Source: Chiloscyllium plagiosum (taxonomy: Eukaryota). Taken from it: a stretch of 51,651 bases of DNA. Position 1 is the stretch's first letter. Each line of letters begins with the position of its first letter. Made by a program: the position numbers and the translations under genes. The notes beneath the pieces were generated by a model. That model was not told the DNA's origin and ran no database searches. It worked only from the letters and a program-made list of their open reading frames with translations. The stretch covers positions 7,466,014 to 7,517,664 of the forward strand of contig NC_057752.1 in the NCBI RefSeq assembly GCF_004010195.1, given 5' to 3'. Below, one piece after another: positions 1 to 11,655 of the stretch.

Positions 1-290
1 CACAGCCTTAAAATTAGAGGGGGTCAATTCAGAACGGAAATGCGGATACATTTCTTCAGCCAGAGAGTGGTGGGCCTGTGGAATTCATTGCCGCAGAGTG
101 CAGTGGAGGCCGGGACGCTAAATGTCTTCAAGGCAGAGATTGATAAATTCTTGATGTCACAAGGAATTAAGGGCTACGGGGAGAATGCGGGTAAGTGGAG
201 TTGAAATGCCCATCAGTCATGATTAAATGGCGGAGTGGACTCGATGAGCCGAATGGCCTTACTTCCACTCCTATGTCTTATGATCTTATG
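1..290 (+). mobile_element. CR1-clade LINE 3' end (cut by window edge)
   Basis: CR1 ORF2 C-terminal motif (HFFSQRVVGLWNSLP), then 3' UTR ending in the short repeat tail cctatgtcttatgatcttatg. Confidence 0.85.
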
Positions 291-804
291 GAGCTAAGAT
301 TGCAGGAAATCAGTAACTGCTGTCTTAACCAAATAAAGAAGAAACTTTCAGGATTGGTCACGTGCATGGATAAGTCCAAATAAGGCATACACTTGGCAGA
401 GAGTCCTGTGTATAAAGCAGCCTGAGAAAATCCTTGATTTTCAGCAGAACTTCAAAAAAAACTCATCAGGAAATACCCTACATCAGGAGGTGTGGTGAAG
501 ACATCCAAAAGAGTTGGCCAGCTGCCAACTCTCCCGGGTATTAACGTTTAGGGTTAGTTACAGAACCCAGAGTCGTGAAAGACAGTGATTGAGGTCTTTC
601 TAGTAGTTAAAAGTGTGTATTATCTACTTAAGTACATAATAAATTAATTGAGTTTTATAGAGCTTTAAGTGTCTCCACTGTATCTTTATCTACGTATGTG
701 CTGTTGTCCTTCAGAGATGGGCAACACTTGCATAGGAGCTACTTCCAATGGATAGTTTCTTTTCTCAATAACTCACAGCAACCTTTGAAACATATCTTCT
801 CAAG

Positions 805-1707
805 GGTGATGCTAGAGGATTGTTGTTCAGACTGGAGGCATGATTAGTAAATTTGCAGATGACATCAAAATTGGTGGTATAGTGGATAGTGAAGAAAGGT
901 ATCTAAGTGTACAACAGAATCTTGATCAACTCGGCAAGTGGGCTGAGGAATGGCAGATGGAGTTTCATTCAGGGCAGGACTTACACAGTTAATGGTAGGG
1001 CCCTGGGAGTGTTGTCAAACAGAGAGACCTATGGGCGCAGGTACAAAGTTTCTTGAAAGTGGCATCACAGGTAGACTGGGTGGTGAAGAAAGCGTTTGGC
1101 ACACCTGCCTTCATCGGTCAGAGCATTGAGTATATGAGTTGGACATCATGTTACAGCTGTACAAGACCGTGGAAAGGCCACATTTGGAGTACTGTGTACA
1201 ATTCTGGCCGCCTTGCTATAGGAAGGATGTTATTAACCTGGAAAGGATGCAAACATTTTACAAGGATGTTACCAAAAGATTGGAATGTTTGAGTTATGAG
1301 GAGAGGCTGGATAGGCTGGGACTGGAGCATAGGAGGCTGAGGAATGATTTTATAGAGGTTTATAAAAGGGTTTAGATAAGGTGAATAGCAAAGGTCTTTT
1401 CCCCGGGGTAAGAGAGTCCAAAACTAGAGGACATAGTTTTAGGCTGAGAGGGGAAAGATTTAAAAGCGACGTGAGGATCAACCTTTTCATGTAAAGGGTG
1501 GTGCATATATAGAATGAGCTGCTCAAGGAAATGGTCGAAGTGGGTACAATTGCAACATTTAAAAAGATTTGGACAGGTACATGAATAGGAAAGGTTTAGA
1601 GGGATATGGGCCAAATGCAGGCAAATCAAACTAGTTTAGTTGAGGAAACCTGGTTGCATGGATGGGTTGGGTTGAAGGGGTCTGTTTCTATGCTGTCTGA
1701 CTCTATG
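805..1707 (+). mobile_element. 5'-truncated, internally deleted CR1 (HER1-like) LINE
   Basis: Encodes ISKFADDIKIGG, VVKKAFG and RPHLEYCVQFW with frameshifts; ends in a gactctatg tail. Confidence 0.9.
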
Positions 1708-2196
1708 CGTCGAAAATGGGAGCCAGCAAATTTTTAACATAACCTTCCGAGTTCAGACTAGGAAATTCCTCTGAGTGAACATGGATTGTGCAAAATCATG
1801 CCTTATTTGGTTAGATCTGAATTGACCTTGTGCTGATTAATTTGGACAAGGTCAAGCAAATCCAGTTAATATTATGAATTCTAAAGCTGTTCTTCAAGCA
1901 ACAAGTTAAGAAATGTAAGTTCAGACTTAAGATATTAAACACAGGAAAATCACAATCTAAATTCAAAGCTGAGAATTAATTAGATCTGAATATTTGTCAA
2001 ATTGTGATGGGTCAGAAGTTACTGAAATAAATAAAAGACATAAAGAATATCGAAAGGTCAAAGAGCTGACTTTTGTATATGTGTGTCTAAATCACTGGTG
2101 ATACTGTCTTTTGGTGCAGTTTGAACCTGACAGCTACATTTATTTCTTTTTCAACTTCTGCAAGTTCTCATCCTAATAGAACTACTGTGAAGACAT

Positions 2197-2410
2197 GATT
2201 TGGAGATGCCAGTGTTGGACTGGGATGTACAAAGTTAAAAATCACACAACATTAGTTTATAGTCCAACAGGTTTATTTGGAAGCACTCGCTTTCGGAGCA
2301 CTGCTCCTTCATCAGGTGGTTGATGAAGGATCAGCGCTTTGAAAGCTAGTGCTTCCAAATAAACCTGTTGGACTATAACCTGGTGTTGTATAATTTTTCA
2401 CATTGTAAAC
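2197..2410. mobile_element. Fold-back Penelope-like pLTR fragment (family B) with degenerate hammerhead motifs
   Basis: Imperfect inverted arms ~2227-2314 and 2321-2409 around ggtggt, plus a ~30-nt unpaired left extension. Minus strand reads CTGATGA-A-GGAGC-AGT-GCTCC-GAAAGC. Confidence 0.8.
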
Positions 2411-2474
2411 ACAGTAGTTGTGTTCTTGGGACATTTGTTCATTGTAACTTTTCTTTTATCTTATTTGCAAGGAT

Positions 2475-2680
2475 AAAAGCCAAAAATTACAAAGACTGGA
2501 AATCTATAACAAAACAGAAAATTCTGTGGTTGAAAACCTACAGAAGATCAGGCCGAATCTTTAATCAAAACAGATGGGTCAACATTTAGAATCCATATAG
2601 TCAGGTTCAGCACAAAATGTGAACCTCTATTCTCTCAACAAACTCTGATTGTCATTCCAGCATTTTCTGATTTTCTTTAA
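2475..2680. mobile_element. Highly degenerate Penelope-like pLTR remnant
   Basis: Weak similarity to the pLTR palindromes at 43420 and 44230 (gactggaaatct...cagaaa; ttccagcattttctg). Confidence 0.4.
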
Positions 2681-2764
2681 ATAATGATGATTGCTAATTT
2701 TCTTATATGATTAAATATAGATGTGAGTCACAACAGTTCTTAATTTGTAAATGATTTTACCTGA

Positions 2765-3984
2765 GTTATATCCCAGGCTGCTGGGAGGTGAGGGAGGAAA
2801 TGACCAAGGGCTCTGACCCAAATTTTTAATTCCTCCCTGACCATTGAAGAGGTGCCAGAGGACCGCTTTTCAAGAAAGGTGGTGGAAATAAACCAGGGAA
2901 TTACAGACAAGTGAGTCTCACATCAATGGTAGGGAAACTACTGGAGAGGATTCTGAAGGACAGATTTAATCTCCACTTGAAGAGGCAAAGTTTGACCAGG
3001 GTTAGTGAGCATGCCTTCAGCAGAGGGGAATCATGCCTAACAAATTTAATTGGATTTTTTGAGGAGGTGTGTAGCTGAGAGTAGGGCAGTTTATATGGGT
3101 TTCAGCAAAGCCTTTGACAAAGTCCCATGTGAGAGACTGATAAAGGAGGTCAAGCAAATGGAATTCAGTGTAACTTAGCAAGTTGGATCCAAAATTTGCT
3201 TAGTGGTAGGAGACAGAGTGTGGTGGTAGAAGGGTGCTTGTGTGACTAGAGGATGGTGTCCAGTGGTGTACCATATGGATCAGTTCTGGGTCCCTTATTG
3301 TTTGTAATTTATATCAATGATATAGATGAGAATGTGGGAGGGACAATAAGTAAATTTGTGGATGGTATGAAGATTGGCCAGAATGTTGACAGTGAGGAAA
3401 AAGGTATTAGGTCACATAAGGATATAGATGGATTGGCCGGATCAGTGGCAGATGGAATTTAACCCTTTGGATGAAGTAACAAGACAAGGGAATACTCAAT
3501 GCTTGGCCTGATACAAGGAAGCTAAGAGGAACAGAAGGATCTTGGGGTGCTTGTCCACAGATCTCTGAAGAGGGAAGCACAGGTTAATCGGGTAGAGTTA
3601 AGAAGGCATTCAGGATAAGTGTCTTTATCTGTTGTGGCATAGATTAAATAATAGCAGGAGGATTATGTTGGAGCTGTAAAAAACTTTGGTTAGGCCACAG
3701 CTCTCAAGTACTGTGTGCAGTTATGGTCACTTCGCTATAGAAAGAATGTGATTGCACTGGAGTGGATGCAGAGGAGATTCGCTAGCATGTTACCTGGGAT
3801 GGAGCATTTTAGTTATGAAGAGAAGCTGGTTAAGCACATGAATAAGAAATGTTTGGAGGGATATGGGTCAGGTTCAGGCAGGTGGGACTAATTTAGTTTG
3901 GTATTATGGTCGGCATGGACTGGTTGGACCAAAAGATCTGTTTCCATGCTGTATGACTCTATAACTCTATCTATGACTCTATGA
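2765..3984 (+). mobile_element. CR1 LINE fragment (RT region to 3' tail)
   Basis: PGNYRQVSLTS, FSKAFDKVP and [22 protein letters not shown] motifs; tail ctatgactctataactctatctatgactctatga. Confidence 0.9.
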
Positions 3985-6496
3985 GGTAGAGCAACAGCAA
4001 AGGAGAAAATAAAGTAACTCTGGATCCACTACCCACTGTATGGCCTGCTTCATTTGTCCAAAGATCTGGGAGTTCATAATTGTCCTGCTCAGTCTCATGA
4101 AGGTGTATGACAGAAACATGCAACCCTGAATAGATATCATCTTTGAATCAAGGGACACCTGCTACTGCCGAGAAGAGAATCATAATTTAATGTATAGCTT
4201 ATCTAAATGCTATTGTTAACTTATTCCTTAATGTCAGTGGTATTTAAAAGAATTGTACATGTTAAGTGTAACTGAGACAGATTGCTTTTTCGCAACCTCT
4301 CTGTTTCAGTACCTGCAGCTTGTGAATCTCAATAATTCCTTGTGGTGATAAATATGTAGAATGAGGTTGTTACCATCACAGCATGCTTCAGACTTCTCAG
4401 GTGTTTTGCAATGTCAGATCTGCTATTATAAATACTTTTGTGGTGCTCCCAGTACTGAGTATAGGACATGCTGAAAGCACCACAGGGATTGGATTATCAG
4501 CAGCTGGTTTAAAGGGCCTATGACTGCTTTGATTGTGCCTATCCTTTGGAGATCATGCAGCAGGAAGGCTGGGAACAAGAGAGAAACGGCCTACTATGAG
4601 GAGAGAGAGCTACTTGTTGTAAAGCTGAAGATTTAGCTCTAGGCATCTCTTGAAGCATCTTTTTGAAATGGTGTGGAGTGACTGAAAAGATTTTCAGTTG
4701 CTCCAGAATCATTATGGATCTTTTTCTATGTTAAATTAATCCTTGGATGTCAATGAACTTTCTGCACAGTTGATCCACAAGCTCATACTGGTCCAGGTAC
4801 CTGTGGCCTCATTTTGGTCTGTGCTATGTGCACTAGATGCTACATTGGTGACTGTGCGAGGAGTTCTTCCACTTCAGTGTAATCTGTGTCTAACATCTGC
4901 ATCAAGGAAGGCTCTCCCTTAAAATAGAAGGATACCATACCACTTCACATCTATCCAAGCTACCCTGTCCCAGGAAACAGCTGCCACATAACGCAGCTGT
5001 TGTGCCCATACATAATAAGCTGGTGACAACTGCAACATTTCCAAAGTCCAACATCTTTTGTGCATAAAGCAGACATCAGTTAGACCAGACCAACAACTTT
5101 CATTGCATTTCTTTTAGTTGTTAATCTTGTATTGATTTATCCATCTAAAGAAATAATCTACTGGCCCCTATCTATTCCTTTTATTACCTCTTTCAAATAC
5201 CCTCTCAATTTTCTCACTTTGAGAGAATGAAGCCCTATTTTCTGCTTTAATAATCAAAAATGCGCCTTACTTAATTTCTGTTTGAAATATGCCTCATTAT
5301 AGGTCCTTGCTGTCAGTTACAAAAGTTCTGAAAAACTGCCGGCAACCAAATTTTAAGTGGGTAATTCTCATTATCCAGGGGTTTACTGTGCAACCTGTTT
5401 CCTTTTCAGTTATTGCTCCTGATTCCACAATGAGAAATTTCTCACTTATCTTAAATGCCTCTTCGTCTTTCCAAACAACCTGCTTTCACCAAATGCAAAT
5501 TCCATGGTGTATTCCTCATTCAGGCTGGGGTGTAAGTACTATTGAAGTCCTATTGATTCAAAGTGATCTTGATTTGCATTAATTTATAAGGCCCGCCAAC
5601 CTCAGATGGGAGTCACAGCAATGTAACAGCAGTGAGCAGTTAAAATGATGACCAGAAAACATTTAGTGGTAGTGGGCAAGGTAAAAGGCTCCATTTTGAA
5701 GGACCCATTCAACATTTTGCTGCTGTGTAGAGTAGGTTAAGTTCAGTTCCTTAGTGTTTCTTCCACTAGCATCTTTTAAAGTGAACGACTTGGACTTTAA
5801 TAAAAACTCGCCCCTTAAGAAGACATTAAAGATAACAATTAAATGATCAAAGCTTTAATACTCGAACCAGACAGTTAGTGTCAAGCTGTTTACATTACAG
5901 TCATATGCTATGGTGGATGGATAAACACACTGCATTTGAACTTTTTGTATATTTGCACAACACAAATGAAACAATTTTGCATACCACAAAATAGTATCCA
6001 AATGAGATACTGAAACTTCATCATGTCCAGTAATTAAGTTTAATTCTGAATAAAAAACGCTTCTGAGTTTTCTCCTTTGATGTTCCTTTTGGTGGTTGCA
6101 ATCTACTTGCTGGCATTAATGTTGCTAACAAGTACCAATTGGATTTATTATGAGAACTACCTTTATCAAAAATGTCTTTTTATTTCTGATGGCGAGTAAC
6201 AATGTACTATTCAAGTAGTTAGCACAGATAATTGCATGAGGGATAATAGAGAAATGCTTCCTTCATATGGTGTATGGCCCTAGTAGAGGAAAATGGGATT
6301 GTATAAGTAGTGGCAGATTTTTGGCAGTACAGACTTAATGGGCTCAGTTAGGGGAGGTGACGACCTAGTGTTATTATTGCTAGACTATTAATCCAAGAAG
6401 GAGAAAGTGAGGTCTGCAGATGCTGGAGATCAGAGCTGGAAATGTGTTGCTGGAAAAGCGCAGCAGGTCAGGCAGCATCCAGGGAACAGGAGAATC

Positions 6497-6524
6497 GACG
6501 TTTCAGGCATAAGCCCTTCTTCAG
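6497..6524 (-). ncRNA. Minimal hammerhead ribozyme motif (left-arm copy)
   Basis: Minus strand reads CTGAAGA-A-GGGC-TTAT-GCCT-GAAAC-GTC. Confidence 0.65.
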
Positions 6525-6939
6525 GAATGAGGAAAGTTTGTCCAGCAGGCTAAGATAAAAGGTAGGGAGGAGGGACTTGGGGGAGGGGCGTCGGAAATGT
6601 GATAGGTGGAAAGAGGTCAAGGTGAGGGTGATAGGTCAGACGGGAGTGGGGGCGGAGAGGTCGGGAAGAAGATTGCAGGTTAGGAAGGCGGTGCTGAATT
6701 CGATGGATTTGACTGAGACAAGGTGGGGGGAGGGGAAATACCTTGTCTCAGTCAAATCCATCGAACTCAGCACCGCCTTCCTAACCTGCAATCTTCTTCC
6801 TGACCTCTCCGCCCCCACCCCAGTCTGACCTATCACCCTCACCTTGACCTCTTTCCACCTATCACATTTCCGACGCCCCTCCCCCAAGTCCCTCCTCCCT
6901 ACCTTTTATCTTAGCCTGCTGGACAAACTTTCCTCATTC

Positions 6940-6967
6940 CTGAAGAAGGGCTTATGCCTGAAACGTC
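6940..6967 (+). ncRNA. Minimal hammerhead ribozyme motif (right-arm copy)
   Basis: CTGAAGA core, extra A, stem II GGGC/GCCT, then GAAAC-GTC with palindromic ACGT in place of stem III; predicted cut after 6967. Confidence 0.65.
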
Positions 6968-7659
6968 GATTCTCCTGTTCCCTGGATGCTGCCTGACCTG
7001 CTGCGCTTTTCCAGCAACACATTTCCAGCTATTAATCCAAGAACTCAGGTAACGTTCTGGGGACCTGGATTCAAATCCTGCCACGGCAGATAATGGAGTT
7101 TGAATTCAATTTTTTAAAAAATCTGGATTGTCAGGAAAAACTGATCTGGTTCACTCGTGTCTTTCAGTGGAATGAGATCTGTCATCCTCATGAGCCGACA
7201 TGTGACTCCAGACCCATAGCAATGCAGTTGACTCTCAACTGCTCTCTGAAATGGCCGAGCAAACGAACTAATTGCATCAATCATTATGAAGTCTCAAAAG
7301 AAATGATATCGACCTTGGCACCAGAAAAGACAATGGCAAAAACAGCCCTGTTGACCTTGCAAAGTCCTCCTTACTAATACTTCCAGGATAGTGCCAAAAT
7401 TGGGAAAGCTGTCTCACAGACTAGTCAAGCAATAGCCTAACAGTCATATCTTACAGACAATATCCCAGACACCACCGTCACCCTCCCTAGATACAGACTG
7501 ACCCACCGGTAGGACAGATCCTGCAGAGGTAGTGGCTCTGGATTACATTGGGAGGGAGTTGCCCTGGACATCCTCAACATTGACTGTTGACCCCATGAAG
7601 GCTCATGGCTTCAGGTTAAACATGGGCAAGGAATTCTCCTGCTGATTATCACATACTGT

Positions 7660-7975
7660 GGCGGCATGGTGGCTCAGTGGTTAGCACTGCTGCCTCACAG
7701 TGCCAGGGACCCGGGTACAATTCCCGCCTCGGGCAACTGTCTGTGTCGAGTTTGCACATTCTCCCCGTGTCTGCATGGGTTTCCTCCGGGTGCTCTGGTT
7801 TCCTCCCACAGTCCAAAGATGTGCAGTTTAGGTGAGTTGACCATGCTAAATTGCCCATAGTGTTAGGTGCATTAGTCAGAGGTAAATATAAGGGGGTTGG
7901 TTTCTCTTCGGAGGGTTGGTGTGGACTTGTTGGGCCGAAGGGCCTGTTTCCACACTGTAGGTAATCTAAAATATC
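7660..7975 (+). mobile_element. HE1-like tRNA-derived V-SINE nested in the LINE APE region
   Basis: A box tggctcagtgg, B box ggtacaattcc, V-domain tttgcacattctccccgtgtctgc...cctcccacagtccaaagatgtg, CR1-like tail; TSD tactgt at 7654-7659 and 7976-7981. Confidence 0.92.
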
Positions 7976-8335
7976 TACTGTCCTTCCTCAGCTGATGAAT
8001 TGGTACTCCTCCATGTGGAACAGCACTTTGAGGAAGCACTGAAGGTGGTAAGGGCACAAAATATACTCTGGGTGGGGGATCTCAATGTTCAGCACCAAGG
8101 GTGGCTCAGCAGCAGCATTACTGATTGAGCTGGTCAGGTCATAAAGGACATAGCTGCTAGACTGGGTCTGCAGCAGGTGGTGAGGGAACCAACAAGAGGG
8201 GAAAAAGTACTTGACCTCATCCTTACCAAATCTGCCAGCTACAGATGCATCTATCCATGTCAGTATTGGTAAGAGTGACCACCGCACAATCCTTGTGGAG
8301 ACAAAGTCCCGCCTTCACATTGAGAATATCGTGAT

Positions 8336-9838
8336 GTGTGGCACTATCACTGTGCTAAGTGGGACAGCCTTCAAACAGATCTAGCAACTCAAGACTGGGC
8401 ATCCATGAGGCACTGTGGGCCACCAGCAGCAGCAGAATTTTTCTCCAGCATAATCTGGAACCTCATGGCCTGGTATATCCTCCACTCAAATATTACCATC
8501 AAGCCAGGGGATCAATTGTGGTTCAATGGAGACTGCAGGAGGGCATGGCAGGAGCATCACCCAGCATATCTAAAGATGAGGTGTCAACCTGGTCAAGCCA
8601 CAAAACAGGACTACTTGCAAGCCAAACAGTGCAAGCAGCAAGTGATAGACAGAGCTAAGCGATCCCACAACCAATGGATCAGATCTACGCCCTGCAGTCC
8701 TGCCACATCCAGTCATGAATGGTTGTGGACAATTAAACAACTCACTGGAGGAAGAGGAGGCTCCACAAATATCTCCATCCTCAATGATGGCAGAGCCCAG
8801 CACATCAAAGCAAAAGATAAGACTGAAGCATTCTCAGCAATCCTCAGTCAGAAATGCCGAGTGGATGATCCATCTCATCCTTCACAAGTGGTCCCCTGCA
8901 TTACAGATACCAGTCTTCAGCCAATTCAATTCACTTCACATGATATCAAGAAATGGTGGGAGACATTGCACACTGCAAAGGCTATGGGCCCTGACAATAT
9001 TCCAGCAATAGTACTGAAGACTTGTGCTCCAGACCTCGCTCCCCTAGCCAAGTTGTTCCAGTACAGTTACAACACTGGCATCTACCCGACAATGTGGAAA
9101 ATTCCCCAGGTATGTCTTGTAAGTAAAAAGCAGGACAAATCCAACCCAACCAATTACCGCCTCATCAGTCTACTGTCAATCATCAGTAAAATGATGGAAA
9201 GTGTCATCAACAGTGCTAGCAAGCAGCACCTGCTCAGTGACGCCCAGTTTGTGTTCTGCCAGGGCCACGCAGCTCCTGACCTCATTACAACCTTGGTTCA
9301 AACATGGATAAAAGAGCTGAATTCCAGAAGGGAGGTGAGAGTGACAGCCCTCGAAACCGAGGTAACATTTGGCCAAGTGCAGTATCAAGGAGTCCTACTA
9401 AACTGGAATCAATGGGTATCGGGGCAAACTCACTGCTCATTAGAGTCATACCCGGCACATAGGAAGATGGCTGTGGATGTTGGAGGTCAGTCATCTCAGC
9501 TCCAGGACATCTCTGTAGGAGTTCCTCAGGGTAGTTTCCTTGATCCAACCATCTTCAGCTTCTTCATTGATGACCTTCCCTCCATCATAAGGTCAGAAGT
9601 GGGGATGTGTGCCAATGATTGCACAATGTTCAGCACCATTTGCCACTTCTCAGATACTGAAGCAGTCCATGTCCAAATGCTACAAGATCTGGACAATATC
9701 CAGGCTTGGGCTGACAAGAGGCAAGTAACATTGACACCACACAAATGTCAGACTATGACCATCACCAATAAGATACAGTCTAACCACGTGTCCCTTGACA
9801 TTCAATGGTGTTACCATCACAGAATCCCCCTCTATCAA
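8336..9838 (+). pseudogene. LINE ORF2 reverse-transcriptase segment, probably inactive
   Basis: GPDNIP, NYRLISLLSIISK and GVPQGSFL motifs; the catalytic (Y/F)ADD reads CAND. The last ~30 codons of the 530-aa ORF come from the Rex1 insert. Confidence 0.85.
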
Positions 9839-11655
9839 TTTTACTTTCTTTATTTATTTTCGCATATACCGAAGTACAGTGAAAAGTACAGACGGATCAT
9901 AGTAAGCAAGATGCACATCATAGGGTGAAAAAACACTTCAACAGAGGTAAACAGGTTACAGTGCTCAAGGCATTACTTGAAGTTAGAGAGTCCATTCATC
10001 AGTCTAATAGTGGCCGGGAAGAAGCTGTTCCTGAACCATCTGGCGAGTGTGTTCAGGCTGCTGTATCTTCTGCCTAATGGAAGAGTTTGAAAGAGAGCAT
10101 TACTGGGGTGGGATGGGTCTTTGATGATGTTGGCAGCCTTTTCACGGCAACGAGTAATGGGGTCTGGGCTGTGCACCCAACCTTCTGTAGTTTCTTCCAG
10201 TCCTGGGCAGAGCAGTTACCATACCAGGTCGTTATGCACCGGGACAGTATGCTTTCATCTGTAAAGGTTGGTGAGGGACCTTGTGGACATGCCAAATTTC
10301 CTGAGCCACCTGAGGAAGAAGAGGCGTTGTTGTATCTTCTGGACCATCACATCTATGTGGGAAGTCCAGGACAGGTTTTCGTTTATCGTCACTCCAAGGA
10401 ACTTGGCACTCTCCCCCCTCTCGGCCTCAGTTCCGTTGATGTAGATGGGGGTGTGTTCTCCTCCTTTCTCTCTGAAGTCAATGATCAGTTCTTTAGTTTT
10501 GCCGATATCGAGAGACAAGTTGCTTTCATTGCACGATGTCACCAAACCCTCTATCTCTTTTCTGACTTGTTGTTGTTAGATATCCATTCTACCATGCTGG
10601 TGTCATCAGCAAACTTGTAGATGGTGTTCATTCAGACTTTGGCAACACAGTCGTGGGTGTACAGGGAGTACAGTAGGAGGGCTGAGAATGCATCCTTGGG
10701 GAGGCTCCAGTGTTGAGTGTTATAGTGGAGGAGGTGCAGTTTTCTATCTTCACTGATTGCAGACTATGGGTCAGGAAGCTGAGAATCCAGTTACAGGGGG
10801 CAGAGCCGAGACCTAGGTCTCCTAGTTTTGAGATCAGTCTGGATGGGATCATGTTAAAGGCGGAGCTGTAGTCAATGAGCAGGAGTCTGATGTAGGTGGC
10901 CTTGTTGTCTAGGTGTCCCAGGGATGAGTGCAGGGCTAGGGAAATGGCATCTGCTGTGGACCTGTTATGTTAATCCGCAAATTGTAGGGGATCAAAGCAG
11001 GCTGGGAAACTAGAGCTGATGTGGGTTGTGACCAGGCTCTTGAAGCACTTCATGATTATGGTGGCAAAGCCATTGGGCAGTAGTCATGAAGGCACTTTGC
11101 ATGTGCTTTCTTAGCTCCTGGGATGATGATGATGGTCTTTGGTGGGCGCTTTGGCTTGTAGAGGGAGAGGTTGAAGATGTCAGTGACTACCTCCACCAGT
11201 TGGTCCGTACAGGATCTAAGTGCACATCCAGGGACTCCATCTGGGCCAGTCACTTTCCTTGAGTTGACTCCCAGGAAGACCGATCTGATGTCTGCAGCAG
11301 TGACTGTGGGCAAGAGGTATGTCCGGGGCTGTCGGGGAAGATAACACCACACCACTGGCATTCTGCTTGAACCAAGCATAGAAAGCATCAGGGGGCGATG
11401 TGTCTTTGTCCGCTATCTTAACCTGCTTCATTTTGTATCACGTTATCTTGTTTAGGCTTTGCCACAGGCAGCGAGTATCTGTCTGGTTGATTTGAGTCTC
11501 TGACTTGATCCAGTACTGCCTCTTAGCATTCCTGATGGCTTTGCAGAGGTCACATCTGGATCTCCTGTATAGGTCTGGATCGTCTGACTTGAATGTTACA
11601 CGTCTGGTCTTCAATAGGGAGTGGATTTTTTGGTTCATCGAAGATTTCCAGGATA
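9839..11655 (-). mobile_element. 5'-truncated Rex1/Babar-clade LINE nested in the LINE
   Basis: Minus-strand peptides AIRNAKRQY, GPDGVPGCALRSC, KTKELIIDFR, RLFFLRWLRKFG and ESILSRCITTWYGNCS; TSD tatcaa at 9833-9838 and 11656-11661. Confidence 0.88.

Larger units (their letters stand above)
6400..7028. mobile_element. Young fold-back Penelope-like insertion (family A), 291-bp inverted arms
   Basis: Arms 6434-6724 and 6740-7030, 15-nt spacer, about 4 mismatches by eye; 15-bp direct repeat ctattaatccaagaa at 6385-6399 and 7029-7043. Confidence 0.9.

Noticed and set aside
4440..5000. Further Harbinger Myb relic (minus strand CRKFIDI near 4745-4790)
   Set aside because: Only a few residues match and no TIRs were located.
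6577..6887. Two near-identical 83-aa ORFs on opposite strands
   Set aside because: A by-product of the DNA palindrome.
6400..7028. Palindrome as a fold-back sequencing artefact
   Set aside because: The clean 15-bp TSD, arm mismatches, host continuity and an independent sibling at 12980 argue it is real; reads would still be the final test.
7660..7735. tRNA genes at SINE heads (also near 17658, 24882, 25698, 31374)
   Set aside because: The A/B boxes continue into the V-domain and LINE tail, so these are SINEs.
8336..9928. 530-aa ORF as a functional or domesticated gene
   Set aside because: It is LINE RT with the catalytic motif changed to CAND, a broken APE upstream and a chimeric end from the Rex1 insert.
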